NCBI GenBank assembly: GCA_964568775.1
Contig: CAZMQW010000001.1
Location: 719 to 64,718, forward strand
DNA: 64,000 nt
Source of the DNA: an uncultured Candidatus Saccharibacteria bacterium
GTDB taxonomy: Bacteria; Patescibacteriota; Minisyncoccia; Minisyncoccales; MHMH01
Direction of reading: 5' to 3'
How positions within the stretch are numbered: position 1 is the stretch's first letter; each line of letters begins with the position of its first letter. This document shows positions 37,783 through 45,232 of the stretch, one piece after another. A model generated the notes under the pieces. That model was not told where the DNA came from. It saw only the letters and a list, made by a program, of their open reading frames with translations, and ran no database searches. Both the position numbers and the translations under genes were made by a program.

Positions 37783-37811
37783 AATTTACCAGAAAATTAA
37801 ATATCTGTCAA
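37783..37811 (-). promoter_or_regulatory. promoter of the str operon (rpsL-rpsG-fusA-orf-tuf-rpsJ)
   Basis: Minus strand TTGACA-N17-TAAATT, with the -10 ending 9 nt before the rpsL ATG. Confidence 0.55.
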
Positions 37812-37816
37812 CATTT

Positions 37817-38437
37817 TTATATGACGAAAGAGTGACTGGCGATTAAATAATACAAAACTGAGGCGGCCCGGAAAACGAAACTCAGCCCGCCGAAGAATAA
37901 AAAGAAAAGCAGAATGAAGAGGCCGAACTGGTGCATAAACAGTTTGATATTGTTGAAGCTTGCAGGCAGAAAAGAAAAAAGAATATGAGAACCGTCCAAA
38001 GGCGGAATCGGCACCAGGTTGAATATGCCCCAGGCGAAATTATAGATGACGATGATGCTAAAAAGAATCAAAAGGGTTTCGGGCAAGGGAATGAATCTGA
38101 TGGCCAGACCGAAAATAATAGCCACCAGAAAATTCATACTCGGCCCGGCCACCGAAACTTTCAACGTTCCCCATTTCTGGTCCCGGAAATTAAAAGGGTT
38201 GATCGGCACTGGCTTGGCCCAGCCGAAAATCGGTCCTTGGCCGGCCGTAAACAAAAGTAAAAGTAAGGGCAGAATAACCGAACCGAAAGGATCCAAATGC
38301 TTGATCGGGTTCAAAGTCAATCTGCCAGCGTTCTTGGCGGTCGGATCCCCTAAACGCAAAGCCACTGACCCGTGGGCCAGTTCGTGAAGCACAATGGAAA
38401 AAAGCAGAACGATCAGGGAGAATATTGTCAACCACAT
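37817..38437 (-). CDS. M50-family membrane metalloprotease
   Basis: HELAHG zinc motif, multiple TM helices and LVPIPPLDGSH. Confidence 0.75.
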   Translation of the reverse strand: MWLTIFSLIVLLFSIVLHELAHGSVALRLGDPTAKNAGRLTLNPIKHLDPFGSVILPLLLLLFTAGQGPIFGWAKPVPINPFNFRDQKWGTLKVSVAGPSMNFLVAIIFGLAIRFIPLPETLLILFSIIVIYNFAWGIFNLVPIPPLDGSHILFSFLPASFNNIKLFMHQFGLFILLFFLFFGGLSFVFRAASVLYYLIASHSFVI

Positions 38438-38453
38438 ATTTTTATGATAGCAT
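38425..38453 (+). promoter_or_regulatory. promoter of rpmB-tRNA-Pro
   Basis: TTGTCA-N17-TAGCAT, with the -10 ending 8 nt before the rpmB ATG. Confidence 0.4.
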
Positions 38454-38461
38454 ACTATTAT

Positions 38462-38644
38462 ATGGCTAAACAATGCGCGATTTGCGGCAAAAAAGGCAGA
38501 ATGATTTGGAAGCTGAAAAAATTAAGAGGAAAATACAACCCAACCAGCAAAAAAAAGAAGCACCCCAATCTCCAATGGGTCAAGTTGGCTTCGGGCAAAA
38601 GAGTCAAAGCCTGCGCCCGCTGCATAAAACGGCTGAATAAATAA
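38462..38644 (+). CDS. rpmB: 50S ribosomal protein L28 (Cys4 form)
   Basis: MAKQCAICGKKG...HPNLQWVKL.SGKRVKACARCIK. The ATG is at 38462. Confidence 0.85.
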   Translation: MAKQCAICGKKGRMIWKLKKLRGKYNPTSKKKKHPNLQWVKLASGKRVKACARCIKRLNK

Positions 38645-38715
38645 CGGGCTGTGGTATATTGGTATTATGCAGAGCTGGGGGCTCTGCGAACTGAGTTCAA
38701 TTCTCAGCAGCCCGA
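38645..38715 (+). tRNA. tRNA-Pro (anticodon GGG)
   Basis: Hand-folded. Acceptor CGGGCUG/CAGCCCG (C1-G72, A73), anticodon stem CAGAG/CUCUG with loop CUGGGGG, T arm CUGAG-UUCAAUU-CUCAG. No encoded CCA. Starts immediately after the rpmB stop. Confidence 0.8.
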
Positions 38716-38729
38716 AAACAATCAAAAAG

Positions 38730-38750
38730 TCCGCCTAAAGCGGATTTTTT
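38730..38750. terminator. bidirectional hairpin terminator
   Basis: TCCGC-CTAAA-GCGGA followed by TTTTTT on plus. On minus the same hairpin is followed by CUUUUUG. Confidence 0.55.
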
Positions 38751-38899
38751 GAGGCCCTGACATTTCTAGAGAATTCTTCTGGAAAATAATGTAAGTGGGT
38801 GTCCGCAGGGTAGCCACTATGGGAAGCGCTACCAGATATAGGACTCCCTTTAAGCACGTTTGTCCCAGAATCTGCTAGAAATGATTAGGGCTCTTTTTA
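38751..38899. ncRNA. about 145-nt long imperfect hairpin element (structured RNA or MITE-like); identity unknown
   Basis: Nested pairings: GAGgCCCT/AGGGCTC, TTTCTAG/CTAGAAA, TTCTGG/CCAGAA, GGGtGTCC/GGACtCCC, GGTAGC/GCTACC. A T5 run follows on plus. Confidence 0.35.
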
Positions 38900-38929
38900 T
38901 TGTAGCACAAAAAACTCTGTCAAGAAAAT

Positions 38930-39994
38930 TTAAAGATGCAAAACCTCAACCGTTTGCTTGATCAAAGAGAGTACCACGGCCGCAGCCAGCAAACTGTAGG
39001 AGGGAACGCCCTCATCGTCAGCCACGACCCAGGGCTTTTCCTTGACAGCAACCTTCTGGCCGTCCCATTGGTAGTAGTATTCGGGAGTGAGCTCGTAGTC
39101 GTCAACGTAAGTTTTGGCTAGGGTCTCCGGCACCGAATTTCTCAGGAAGATTTTGGGAATGCCGTAGAGAGAGGCGGCCTGCTGGATCAGCTCTTCGTCT
39201 TTGAGCAGCCTGGCTTTAATGGGGCCTATCCCCTTTTCGTCGCCTTCTTTTGGTTGAAGCTTGACGCTTTTGCACCGGGGATTGTCGCACAAAAGATAAA
39301 ATTCTTTTTTCTTTGCATCGTACTCCACTTTTGAAGTGGGCAATAATTTCAAATTCCTCGATGTCTGGCATTTAGGACAAACCCGACGGTATTTCATCCG
39401 CTCGTCAATAATCTTCTCCGGCACATTGAACAAGATGAAAACATCGGGGTCTTCGCGGTAGCCGATCAGGTCGCGGAAGAAAAGCGTAAAGTTTATCTGG
39501 TCCAAGCCCCGGGGGAAGCCGTCGATAAAAAGTGTTTTCTTTTTGCCCCGGCTTATTTGTCTTTTAGCCAGAACTAAAATCAAGTCGGTCGGGAGAAGTG
39601 GGGCTGAAGTGCTTCTTTTTTTCAAAAAAGAAAGCAGTTCTTCAACCGAATGTCCGCCCCGGTAATTCTTTTCCAAGAAAGTGATTAATTCTTTCTTCTT
39701 TTTGGCGTCTTTCAAATCCCGATCAATCTCTCTGATCATGTCACCAATGGAAAAATGTTCAACGTACTGGTGGCCGATGATTTCAGCGAACATCTTGGAA
39801 TAAGTCCCTTTGCCAGAATTCTTCTTGCCTAAAAGATAAGCGATGAAAGTGTTGCCTTTTTTGAAGTAGGCTCTCAGTTTTTTAATCTCCGGACCGGCCT
39901 TCAATTCAAAATACTGCCTTCTGCCCGCAGGGCTGTTCAAGTCAAACTTTTTCGTCACGCCTTTTACTTTAGTTCTAAAGACTGGGAACTGCAT
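38930..39994 (-). CDS. divergent adenylate-kinase-like NMP kinase with N- and C-terminal extensions
   Basis: 354 aa with P-loop LLGKKNSGKGTYSKMF, IDGFPRG and a LID-like CPKC...C....C segment. About 110 extra C-terminal residues. Confidence 0.6.
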   Translation of the reverse strand: MQFPVFRTKVKGVTKKFDLNSPAGRRQYFELKAGPEIKKLRAYFKKGNTFIAYLLGKKNSGKGTYSKMFAEIIGHQYVEHFSIGDMIREIDRDLKDAKKKKELITFLEKNYRGGHSVEELLSFLKKRSTSAPLLPTDLILVLAKRQISRGKKKTLFIDGFPRGLDQINFTLFFRDLIGYREDPDVFILFNVPEKIIDERMKYRRVCPKCQTSRNLKLLPTSKVEYDAKKKEFYLLCDNPRCKSVKLQPKEGDEKGIGPIKARLLKDEELIQQAASLYGIPKIFLRNSVPETLAKTYVDDYELTPEYYYQWDGQKVAVKEKPWVVADDEGVPSYSLLAAAVVLSLIKQTVEVLHL

Positions 39995-40800
39995 AAAAAT
40001 TTAATATCGCCGTTAAGATCGGTTCTTAAAACGTTTATACCATACTTTTCCAAAATCGCCAAAGTTTCGGGATGGGGATGGCCGTAGCTGTTGTCCCGGC
40101 CAGCCGAAACAACGGCAATTTCCGGAGAAACCGCTTTGATGAATTCTTCGGCGCTGGAGGTTTTGCTGCCATGATGCCCGACCTTTAAAACATCAACGTC
40201 AACTTTCATCCCCTGCCTGACCAAATCTATCTCGACCGACTTGTAAGCGTCGCCGGTGAACAAAAAACTGTTTTCGCCGAAAACCAGCCGAACGCTGACA
40301 GAGGTATTATTGACATTGCTGACGGTTTTGCCGTTAAAATCCTCAAACGGATACAAAACCTCGATCCAGGCCGAACCACCGTTAATCTGCTGGCCGGCTT
40401 GGGCAATAAAGATTTCCGCTTCTTCTTCCCCGATCAGCCTCTGCCACTCCTGATATTCGGCCGTATCTCTCAAAACGCCGGTCCACAATATATTTTCAAC
40501 CCGATATCTCGACAAAACTTCTATCAAACCGGCAATGTGGTCGTGCTCGGGATGAGTTAAAATAATCAGATCAATTGTTCTGTCCCAAAAAGGCATCTCT
40601 TCCCCCAGCTTTTCCAAAACCGTTGCATCCGGTCCCCCATCAATCAGAATCTGGTGGTTCTGCGGGGTTTCAATGAAAATACTGTCTCCCTGACCCACGT
40701 CAAAAAAAGTCACCTTGAGAAACTGAGGCTGGCTTAAATTATAAACGGCCACCCAGGCGAGAATGTTCAGGCCGAACAGAAGAAATAAAATTTTCTTCAT
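39964..40800 (-). CDS. ComEC/Rec2-related metallo-beta-lactamase-domain protein (MBL domain only, signal/TM anchor)
   Basis: MKKILFLLFGLNILAWVAV.., DVGQGDS, HPEHDHIAGL and KVGHHGS. Confidence 0.7.
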   Translation of the reverse strand: MKKILFLLFGLNILAWVAVYNLSQPQFLKVTFFDVGQGDSIFIETPQNHQILIDGGPDATVLEKLGEEMPFWDRTIDLIILTHPEHDHIAGLIEVLSRYRVENILWTGVLRDTAEYQEWQRLIGEEEAEIFIAQAGQQINGGSAWIEVLYPFEDFNGKTVSNVNNTSVSVRLVFGENSFLFTGDAYKSVEIDLVRQGMKVDVDVLKVGHHGSKTSSAEEFIKAVSPEIAVVSAGRDNSYGHPHPETLAILEKYGINVLRTDLNGDIKFLCSSQSLELK

Positions 40801-40806
40801 TAACCT

Positions 40807-40812
40807 ATTATA
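40807..40812 (-). promoter_or_regulatory. -10 box TATAAT, 6 nt from the ATG
   Basis: Minus strand TATAAT-aggtta-ATG(40800). I saw no convincing -35. Confidence 0.35.
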
Positions 40813-40838
40813 CAACAAAAGCCGTCTTTTAAGACGAC
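40813..40838 (-). terminator. rho-independent terminator after the DUF5679-like gene
   Basis: Minus strand GUCGUC-UUAAAA-GACGGC followed by UUUUGUUG. Confidence 0.45.
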
Positions 40839-40882
40839 CTTTGTGTTTATTTCAAAGATTTCTAGAATCTTCAAATCCCAAT

Positions 40883-41038
40883 CTAGGCTTTGCCCATGAT
40901 GCGGAACATCTTGGTGCCGCATTTGGGGCATTTGCCGGTCATGGCTTTTCTTTTCACGCCGCCCTTGCCCTTCATGATTACTTCTTTAGCATCATCCATT
41001 TCTCTTTTAGCCTTACATTTGACACAATAACCTTCCAT
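40883..41038 (-). CDS. zinc-ribbon mini-protein (DUF5679-like)
   Basis: Hand-translated, 51 aa, not in the ORF track: MEGYCVKCKAKREMDDAKEVIMKGKGGVKRKAMTGKCPKCGTKMFRIMGKA*. Confidence 0.6.
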   Translation of the reverse strand: MEGYCVKCKAKREMDDAKEVIMKGKGGVKRKAMTGKCPKCGTKMFRIMGKA

Positions 41039-41143
41039 AATAAAAAATATGTTTTACTTAAAATTTTCCCAAATCGACCTTTAATTTAGTTTTCTATGTC
41101 CTTATTTTACCTTAATTTAAGCCAAAAAGCCAGTCAAGCCCCC

Positions 41144-41416
41144 TTAAGCGAATAAACTTAAAAATCCTTTTAAGCCAATCAAACCAGCAAAAATAAAAAA
41201 AACCAAAGGCGGAAAACTCATTGACAAGCTCAAAATCAGCAAAATGCCAACCATAATATCAAATAAACTACCAATATCCATTAAAAACATCAAAGCTTTC
41301 AAAAAAAGATAAACAGCCAAAGCAATCACCAAACCGTACGGCAAAGTCACCTGATAAGCCGCCCCCACTAAAAGAGCCGCTGCTAATAGATCAAAAACGC
41401 CTAAAATTTTTACCAT
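41144..41416 (-). CDS. small 3-TM membrane protein
   Basis: 90 aa, almost entirely hydrophobic helices. Confidence 0.5.
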   Translation of the reverse strand: MVKILGVFDLLAAALLVGAAYQVTLPYGLVIALAVYLFLKALMFLMDIGSLFDIMVGILLILSLSMSFPPLVFFIFAGLIGLKGFLSLFA

Positions 41417-41439
41417 ACTAATTTAAATATTAACTACTT

Positions 41440-42012
41440 TTATCCAAGTTTCTCTAAAACTTTAAAATCTTTCCTCAAGGTTTCTTTCATGTTGGAGTTG
41501 TAAGTAGCCACGGCGGGATGATAAAGAGGAATAATTTTTATACTTTGAAAGAGATTTTTAACTTCGAAAATCCTGCCGTGAATTTTACTTATTCCCTGAA
41601 CTTGGTTTTTTAATCCATATTTTTCCATTAGGTAGACTGTGGAAAAATTTCCTAACGTACAGATTATCTTCGGCCTTATAATTTCGATCTGTCTCTCCAG
41701 ATACGAAGCGCAAGCTTGAATTTCTTCTTTCTGGGGGTTGCGATTACCGGGCGGACGGCATTTAAGGATATTGCAAATATAAATATCTTTCCTTTTTATT
41801 TTTATTGAGTCTAAAAGCTCGTCTAAAATTTCTCCGGCCGCTCCGCAAAAAGGGCGACCAGTCCTGTCTTCATTAGCTCCCGGTGCTTCTCCTATAAACA
41901 TTATCTCAGCTTTATCGTCCCCTTCTCCGACTACTGGAAAATTCCTTGTTTTATAAAGAAGACATTTCCTGCAATCGGCAATTTCGGTTTTAATTTTTTC
42001 TAAATCACTCAT
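41440..42012 (-). CDS. family-4 uracil-DNA glycosylase (Fe-S type)
   Basis: CRKCLLYKTRNFPVVGEG.., IMFIGEAPG and HPAVATY. Confidence 0.8.
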   Translation of the reverse strand: MSDLEKIKTEIADCRKCLLYKTRNFPVVGEGDDKAEIMFIGEAPGANEDRTGRPFCGAAGEILDELLDSIKIKRKDIYICNILKCRPPGNRNPQKEEIQACASYLERQIEIIRPKIICTLGNFSTVYLMEKYGLKNQVQGISKIHGRIFEVKNLFQSIKIIPLYHPAVATYNSNMKETLRKDFKVLEKLG

Positions 42013-42035
42013 CTTAAAAATTTAAGTTCGCAGGT

Positions 42036-43424
42036 TCAGACCAGGCCCAGTATCATAGCTATTCCCAATCCTAACACGATCAGGCCGGAGATTAAATTCA
42101 GGTATCTTATATTTCTTACCTGCCAGCTTGAAATGTTTTCAACTCTTGACAGGCCTAAATAAATTATCAAAACCACGGCCAGCATTGGCAAGACAAATAT
42201 TAAATTATAAAACAGCAGCCAGGGCAGAGCTTTCAGTAGACCCAAAGGGCAAAGAATGCCTCCGCAGATAATATAGGGGCCGATGGTGCAGGGAAGCAAA
42301 AATATGGTCACGAAAGCTCCGACCGCAAAAGCACCCTTGGGACTGGTTATTCTTGCAATAACTTTGTCTACTTTCGGTGATATTTTGCAAACTGCCTTGG
42401 CCTGGAAAAAATCTTTTAATTTCAAACAGCCTAAAATTACGGCTCCGGCGCCTAAAATTTTATAAAGCCATAATCTAACGGCGGTTAAAACTTGAACGAG
42501 CTGGAATGATTTAATAATAATTAATCCATAAATTAAATACATAACGAAAACCGAAACAATGAAAGCTAGCCCAGCCAATAAAATATTCCTTTTTTTAGTC
42601 GGATTATAAGTCAGAATGGCGATAAGCATCAAAGTTAAAACCGCCAAGGCGCAAGGGTTGACGGCGTCTATGGCCGCCAGGGACAAAACCTTAGCCATGG
42701 TAAGTTTTAAGTCGGATTCAGCCAAGGGGGTTTCTTCCGTGGCCGTTTCTCCTTCCGAGGGCAAAACTTCCAAAGCGGGTCCATTCCACTGAAAGATCCA
42801 ATTGCCAATTGAAATTCCATTGTCAAATCCGACATATTTCCCAGAAAGAGGAATTTTAAAAGGTTTTATCTCCTGAAACTCAATGTCCTTTAAGACTTCA
42901 TTCAAATCATCTTTGACCAACAATTCTTTTAATAATTCACTGTCTCCACCTGGGCCAACTTTTATCAAAATTTTTCCTTGATACCAAATTTTTGGGAAAC
43001 CAGAAAGTGAAACAAGATTTAAATCGCTGAAATCAACAGAACTACCGTCTATTAAAGGGCATTTATTTAACTGAAATCCTTCAATCGTTTCTCTCGCTTC
43101 TTGAGGTATTGAAAAGCTGCCGGATAGACTCTGTTCTTTATTAAAAATTATCAAAGGAATCCCCAATCCAGAATTATATTCTTCATTATACCGATAAATT
43201 AAAGGAGCATTCTCTGTCTGTTGGTAAATTTCGTACTCAATCACAACAAAATTAGCGTATTCTCGGGGCAATTCTTCAAGCACGATAGGATCTGTTTCAG
43301 CGCAATGAGGACAACCAACGCCGGTAAAATAAACAGCGCAGACATAATCCTTTTGTGCTAAGACATTTTGCAAAGAAAAAAATAGCAGACCCAAAACAAA
43401 AATGGCGAAAATAAATTTCTTCAT
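42036..43424 (-). CDS. secreted thioredoxin-fold domain fused to a CcdA/DsbD-type transmembrane thiol-disulfide transporter
   Basis: Signal peptide MKKFIFAIFVLGLLFFSLQNVLAQ, CPHC motif, then a multi-TM C-terminal half with AIDAVNPCAL and LLPCTIGPY. Confidence 0.7.
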   Translation of the reverse strand: MKKFIFAIFVLGLLFFSLQNVLAQKDYVCAVYFTGVGCPHCAETDPIVLEELPREYANFVVIEYEIYQQTENAPLIYRYNEEYNSGLGIPLIIFNKEQSLSGSFSIPQEARETIEGFQLNKCPLIDGSSVDFSDLNLVSLSGFPKIWYQGKILIKVGPGGDSELLKELLVKDDLNEVLKDIEFQEIKPFKIPLSGKYVGFDNGISIGNWIFQWNGPALEVLPSEGETATEETPLAESDLKLTMAKVLSLAAIDAVNPCALAVLTLMLIAILTYNPTKKRNILLAGLAFIVSVFVMYLIYGLIIIKSFQLVQVLTAVRLWLYKILGAGAVILGCLKLKDFFQAKAVCKISPKVDKVIARITSPKGAFAVGAFVTIFLLPCTIGPYIICGGILCPLGLLKALPWLLFYNLIFVLPMLAVVLIIYLGLSRVENISSWQVRNIRYLNLISGLIVLGLGIAMILGLV

Positions 43425-43487
43425 AATTTACTCAACCTTAATTCAAGATTATATAATTTATAGTCTAACAAGCCAAGGTTTCGCCGG

Positions 43488-43775
43488 TTATTGACGAGGC
43501 ATGGTTCTTATCTTTATGGCCTTACCCTCTGTTAGGGCTTGGGCTATTTTTTTATGAGCCGAGGTAAGAATTCTCTGAAAGGTGCTCTGGGAAATATTCA
43601 TTTTTTTAGCGGCCTCAGCCTGATTCAAATCTTTCAAATCACAAAGTCTCACAGCCTCTAATTCATCAGCTGCCAAATCTACCTCTTCTAATTGAAGAAG
43701 AGGTACTGCCCTAGGTTTAAAATAAGTCACGTTTGGATCAAAGAGAATTTTTCTTTGTTTTGGAGGTCTTGCCAT
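43488..43775 (-). CDS. DUF134/UPF0251 putative DNA-binding protein
   Basis: MARPPKQRKILFDPNVTYFKPRAVP...DELEAVRLCDLKDLNQAEAAKKMNISQSTFQRIL. The start overlaps the upstream gene by 49 nt. Confidence 0.7.
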   Translation of the reverse strand: MARPPKQRKILFDPNVTYFKPRAVPLLQLEEVDLAADELEAVRLCDLKDLNQAEAAKKMNISQSTFQRILTSAHKKIAQALTEGKAIKIRTMPRQ

Positions 43776-44620
43776 ATTTCTTTAATTTCTTTTTTAGCTT
43801 TCAGGTTGGTCTCTAAAATCGGGGTCAAATCGGCAATTGCTTTGAATATTTTTTTGTCATAAGATATTTTACCCAAAAATTTTGGACCTGACCATTCTTT
43901 TATTTTTTGGCTTAGCTGAGGATTAATGTCCCATTTATTTATTACCAAGCCCCAGGGGATTTTAAAATGATTGACTACTTCTAAAACTCTTTTTAAATCA
44001 GAGAATCCGGAGGGAGTGGGCTCGGTGATTAAAACTGTAAAATCGGCTCCCTGCAAGGAAGCGATAACCGGGCACCCGGTACCGGGAGCGGAATCAATAA
44101 TCATCAAACTGTGTTTCAGTTTCTCTGCTTCTTTTTTTATTTCTGCCACCACTTTCCCGGAGCCTGTATTTCCCGGAAAAAGATTCCCCGAAACCAAGGA
44201 GAAGCCGTGCCTGTTTTTTTTAATCTTTATCTCCCCGTTCTGAACCGTCTTTAATTTTATTGCTTTTTGCGGACAAATAACTTCGCAAGCGCCGCATCCT
44301 TCACATAGGAATGGATTTAATTTCGGTTTGCCACCGGCCATTTTTATTGCTGAAAACCGACAATTTCTGGCGCAAAGACCGCAACCATCGCATTTTTTGT
44401 AGTCAATCTCTGGCAGGGCGGCAGCGAGAACCGGAATGGTTTTGTCCCATTTTTTAACTCCACCCAACCAAATCGCTAAGTTGGGTGTATCGGCGTCACA
44501 ATCCACTGCCACTGTTTTTTTAGTTTTAGCAGAAAGCACGGCTAAGGCCGAAGCTAGCATTGATTTTCCTACTCCGCCCTTTCCTGATGCAATTACCAAT
44601 TTAAATTTTTTATCTTGCAT
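43727..44620 (-). CDS. MinD/ParA-type P-loop ATPase with inserted 2x[4Fe-4S] ferredoxin domain (COG1149-like), copy 2
   Basis: ASGKGGVGKS, CDGCGLCARNC, CEGCGACEVICP and DSAPGTGCPV. I chose the ATG at 44620. Confidence 0.8.
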   Translation of the reverse strand: MQDKKFKLVIASGKGGVGKSMLASALAVLSAKTKKTVAVDCDADTPNLAIWLGGVKKWDKTIPVLAAALPEIDYKKCDGCGLCARNCRFSAIKMAGGKPKLNPFLCEGCGACEVICPQKAIKLKTVQNGEIKIKKNRHGFSLVSGNLFPGNTGSGKVVAEIKKEAEKLKHSLMIIDSAPGTGCPVIASLQGADFTVLITEPTPSGFSDLKRVLEVVNHFKIPWGLVINKWDINPQLSQKIKEWSGPKFLGKISYDKKIFKAIADLTPILETNLKAKKEIKEIWQDLQNKEKFSLIQT

Positions 44621-44628
44621 TGCGCCGT

Positions 44629-45222
44629 TTATTTTACAAACAATCCGCAAAAACAATGGCCATCTCTTTCAATTTCCTCTCGATGCCATTGGCAGGGGCA
44701 AATTTTAGGACGATCTTCTTCTTGATTCTCACTTATCCTCCGACAAGGACAATACCTGGCTCCCCATTTCTTCTCGTTGGCCAAAAGGCCCGCTACTAAT
44801 TTTTCCACTGCTTTCCTGTCCGGATTCAGCTTAAATCCATTTTTCTGAGCATAACTTTCGTAGTTTTTGATTACTTCTTCAATTTTTTCCATAACTTGAT
44901 TAATAATTTTTTGATTTTCTTCCAACCATTGCCTTATTATTTGCTCGGGCCTTGCCCCCAAAAATCCGCTGATCGGCCTTCCCCATTCAAAAAGAATGAC
45001 GGTTGGAATCTGTTCGACCTTATATTTTTGAGCAGTAAGAGGAGCTTCGTCTACGTTGACTTTAGCCAAAATCAACTTATCCTCATGATCTTCAACTACT
45101 TTTTCCAAAATAGGGGCCAGCGCAGAACAAGGCATGCACCACTGCGCCCAAAAGTCAATTAGAATCGGCTTATCCGCTGCTTGAATTTCTTTCTCAAAAT
45201 TTTCATCAGTAAGAGTAAGCAT
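44629..45222 (-). CDS. thioredoxin fused to a ferredoxin:thioredoxin-reductase catalytic-subunit-like domain
   Basis: N-terminal Trx fold with WCMPC. C-terminal CPC-x14-CPC-x12-CFC (ARYCPCRR...KICPCQWH...GHCFCGLF). Confidence 0.7.
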   Translation of the reverse strand: MLTLTDENFEKEIQAADKPILIDFWAQWCMPCSALAPILEKVVEDHEDKLILAKVNVDEAPLTAQKYKVEQIPTVILFEWGRPISGFLGARPEQIIRQWLEENQKIINQVMEKIEEVIKNYESYAQKNGFKLNPDRKAVEKLVAGLLANEKKWGARYCPCRRISENQEEDRPKICPCQWHREEIERDGHCFCGLFVK

Positions 45223-45232
45223 TTTTATTTAT

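Noticed and set aside
38751-38899. Assigning the long hairpin as SRP (4.5S) RNA.
   Set aside because: The long-hairpin shape fits. However, I could not find the conserved helix-8 pattern (GGU-CAGG-stem-GNAR-stem-AGCA-GCC). The apex reads GGUAGC-CACUAUGGGAAGC-GCUACC.
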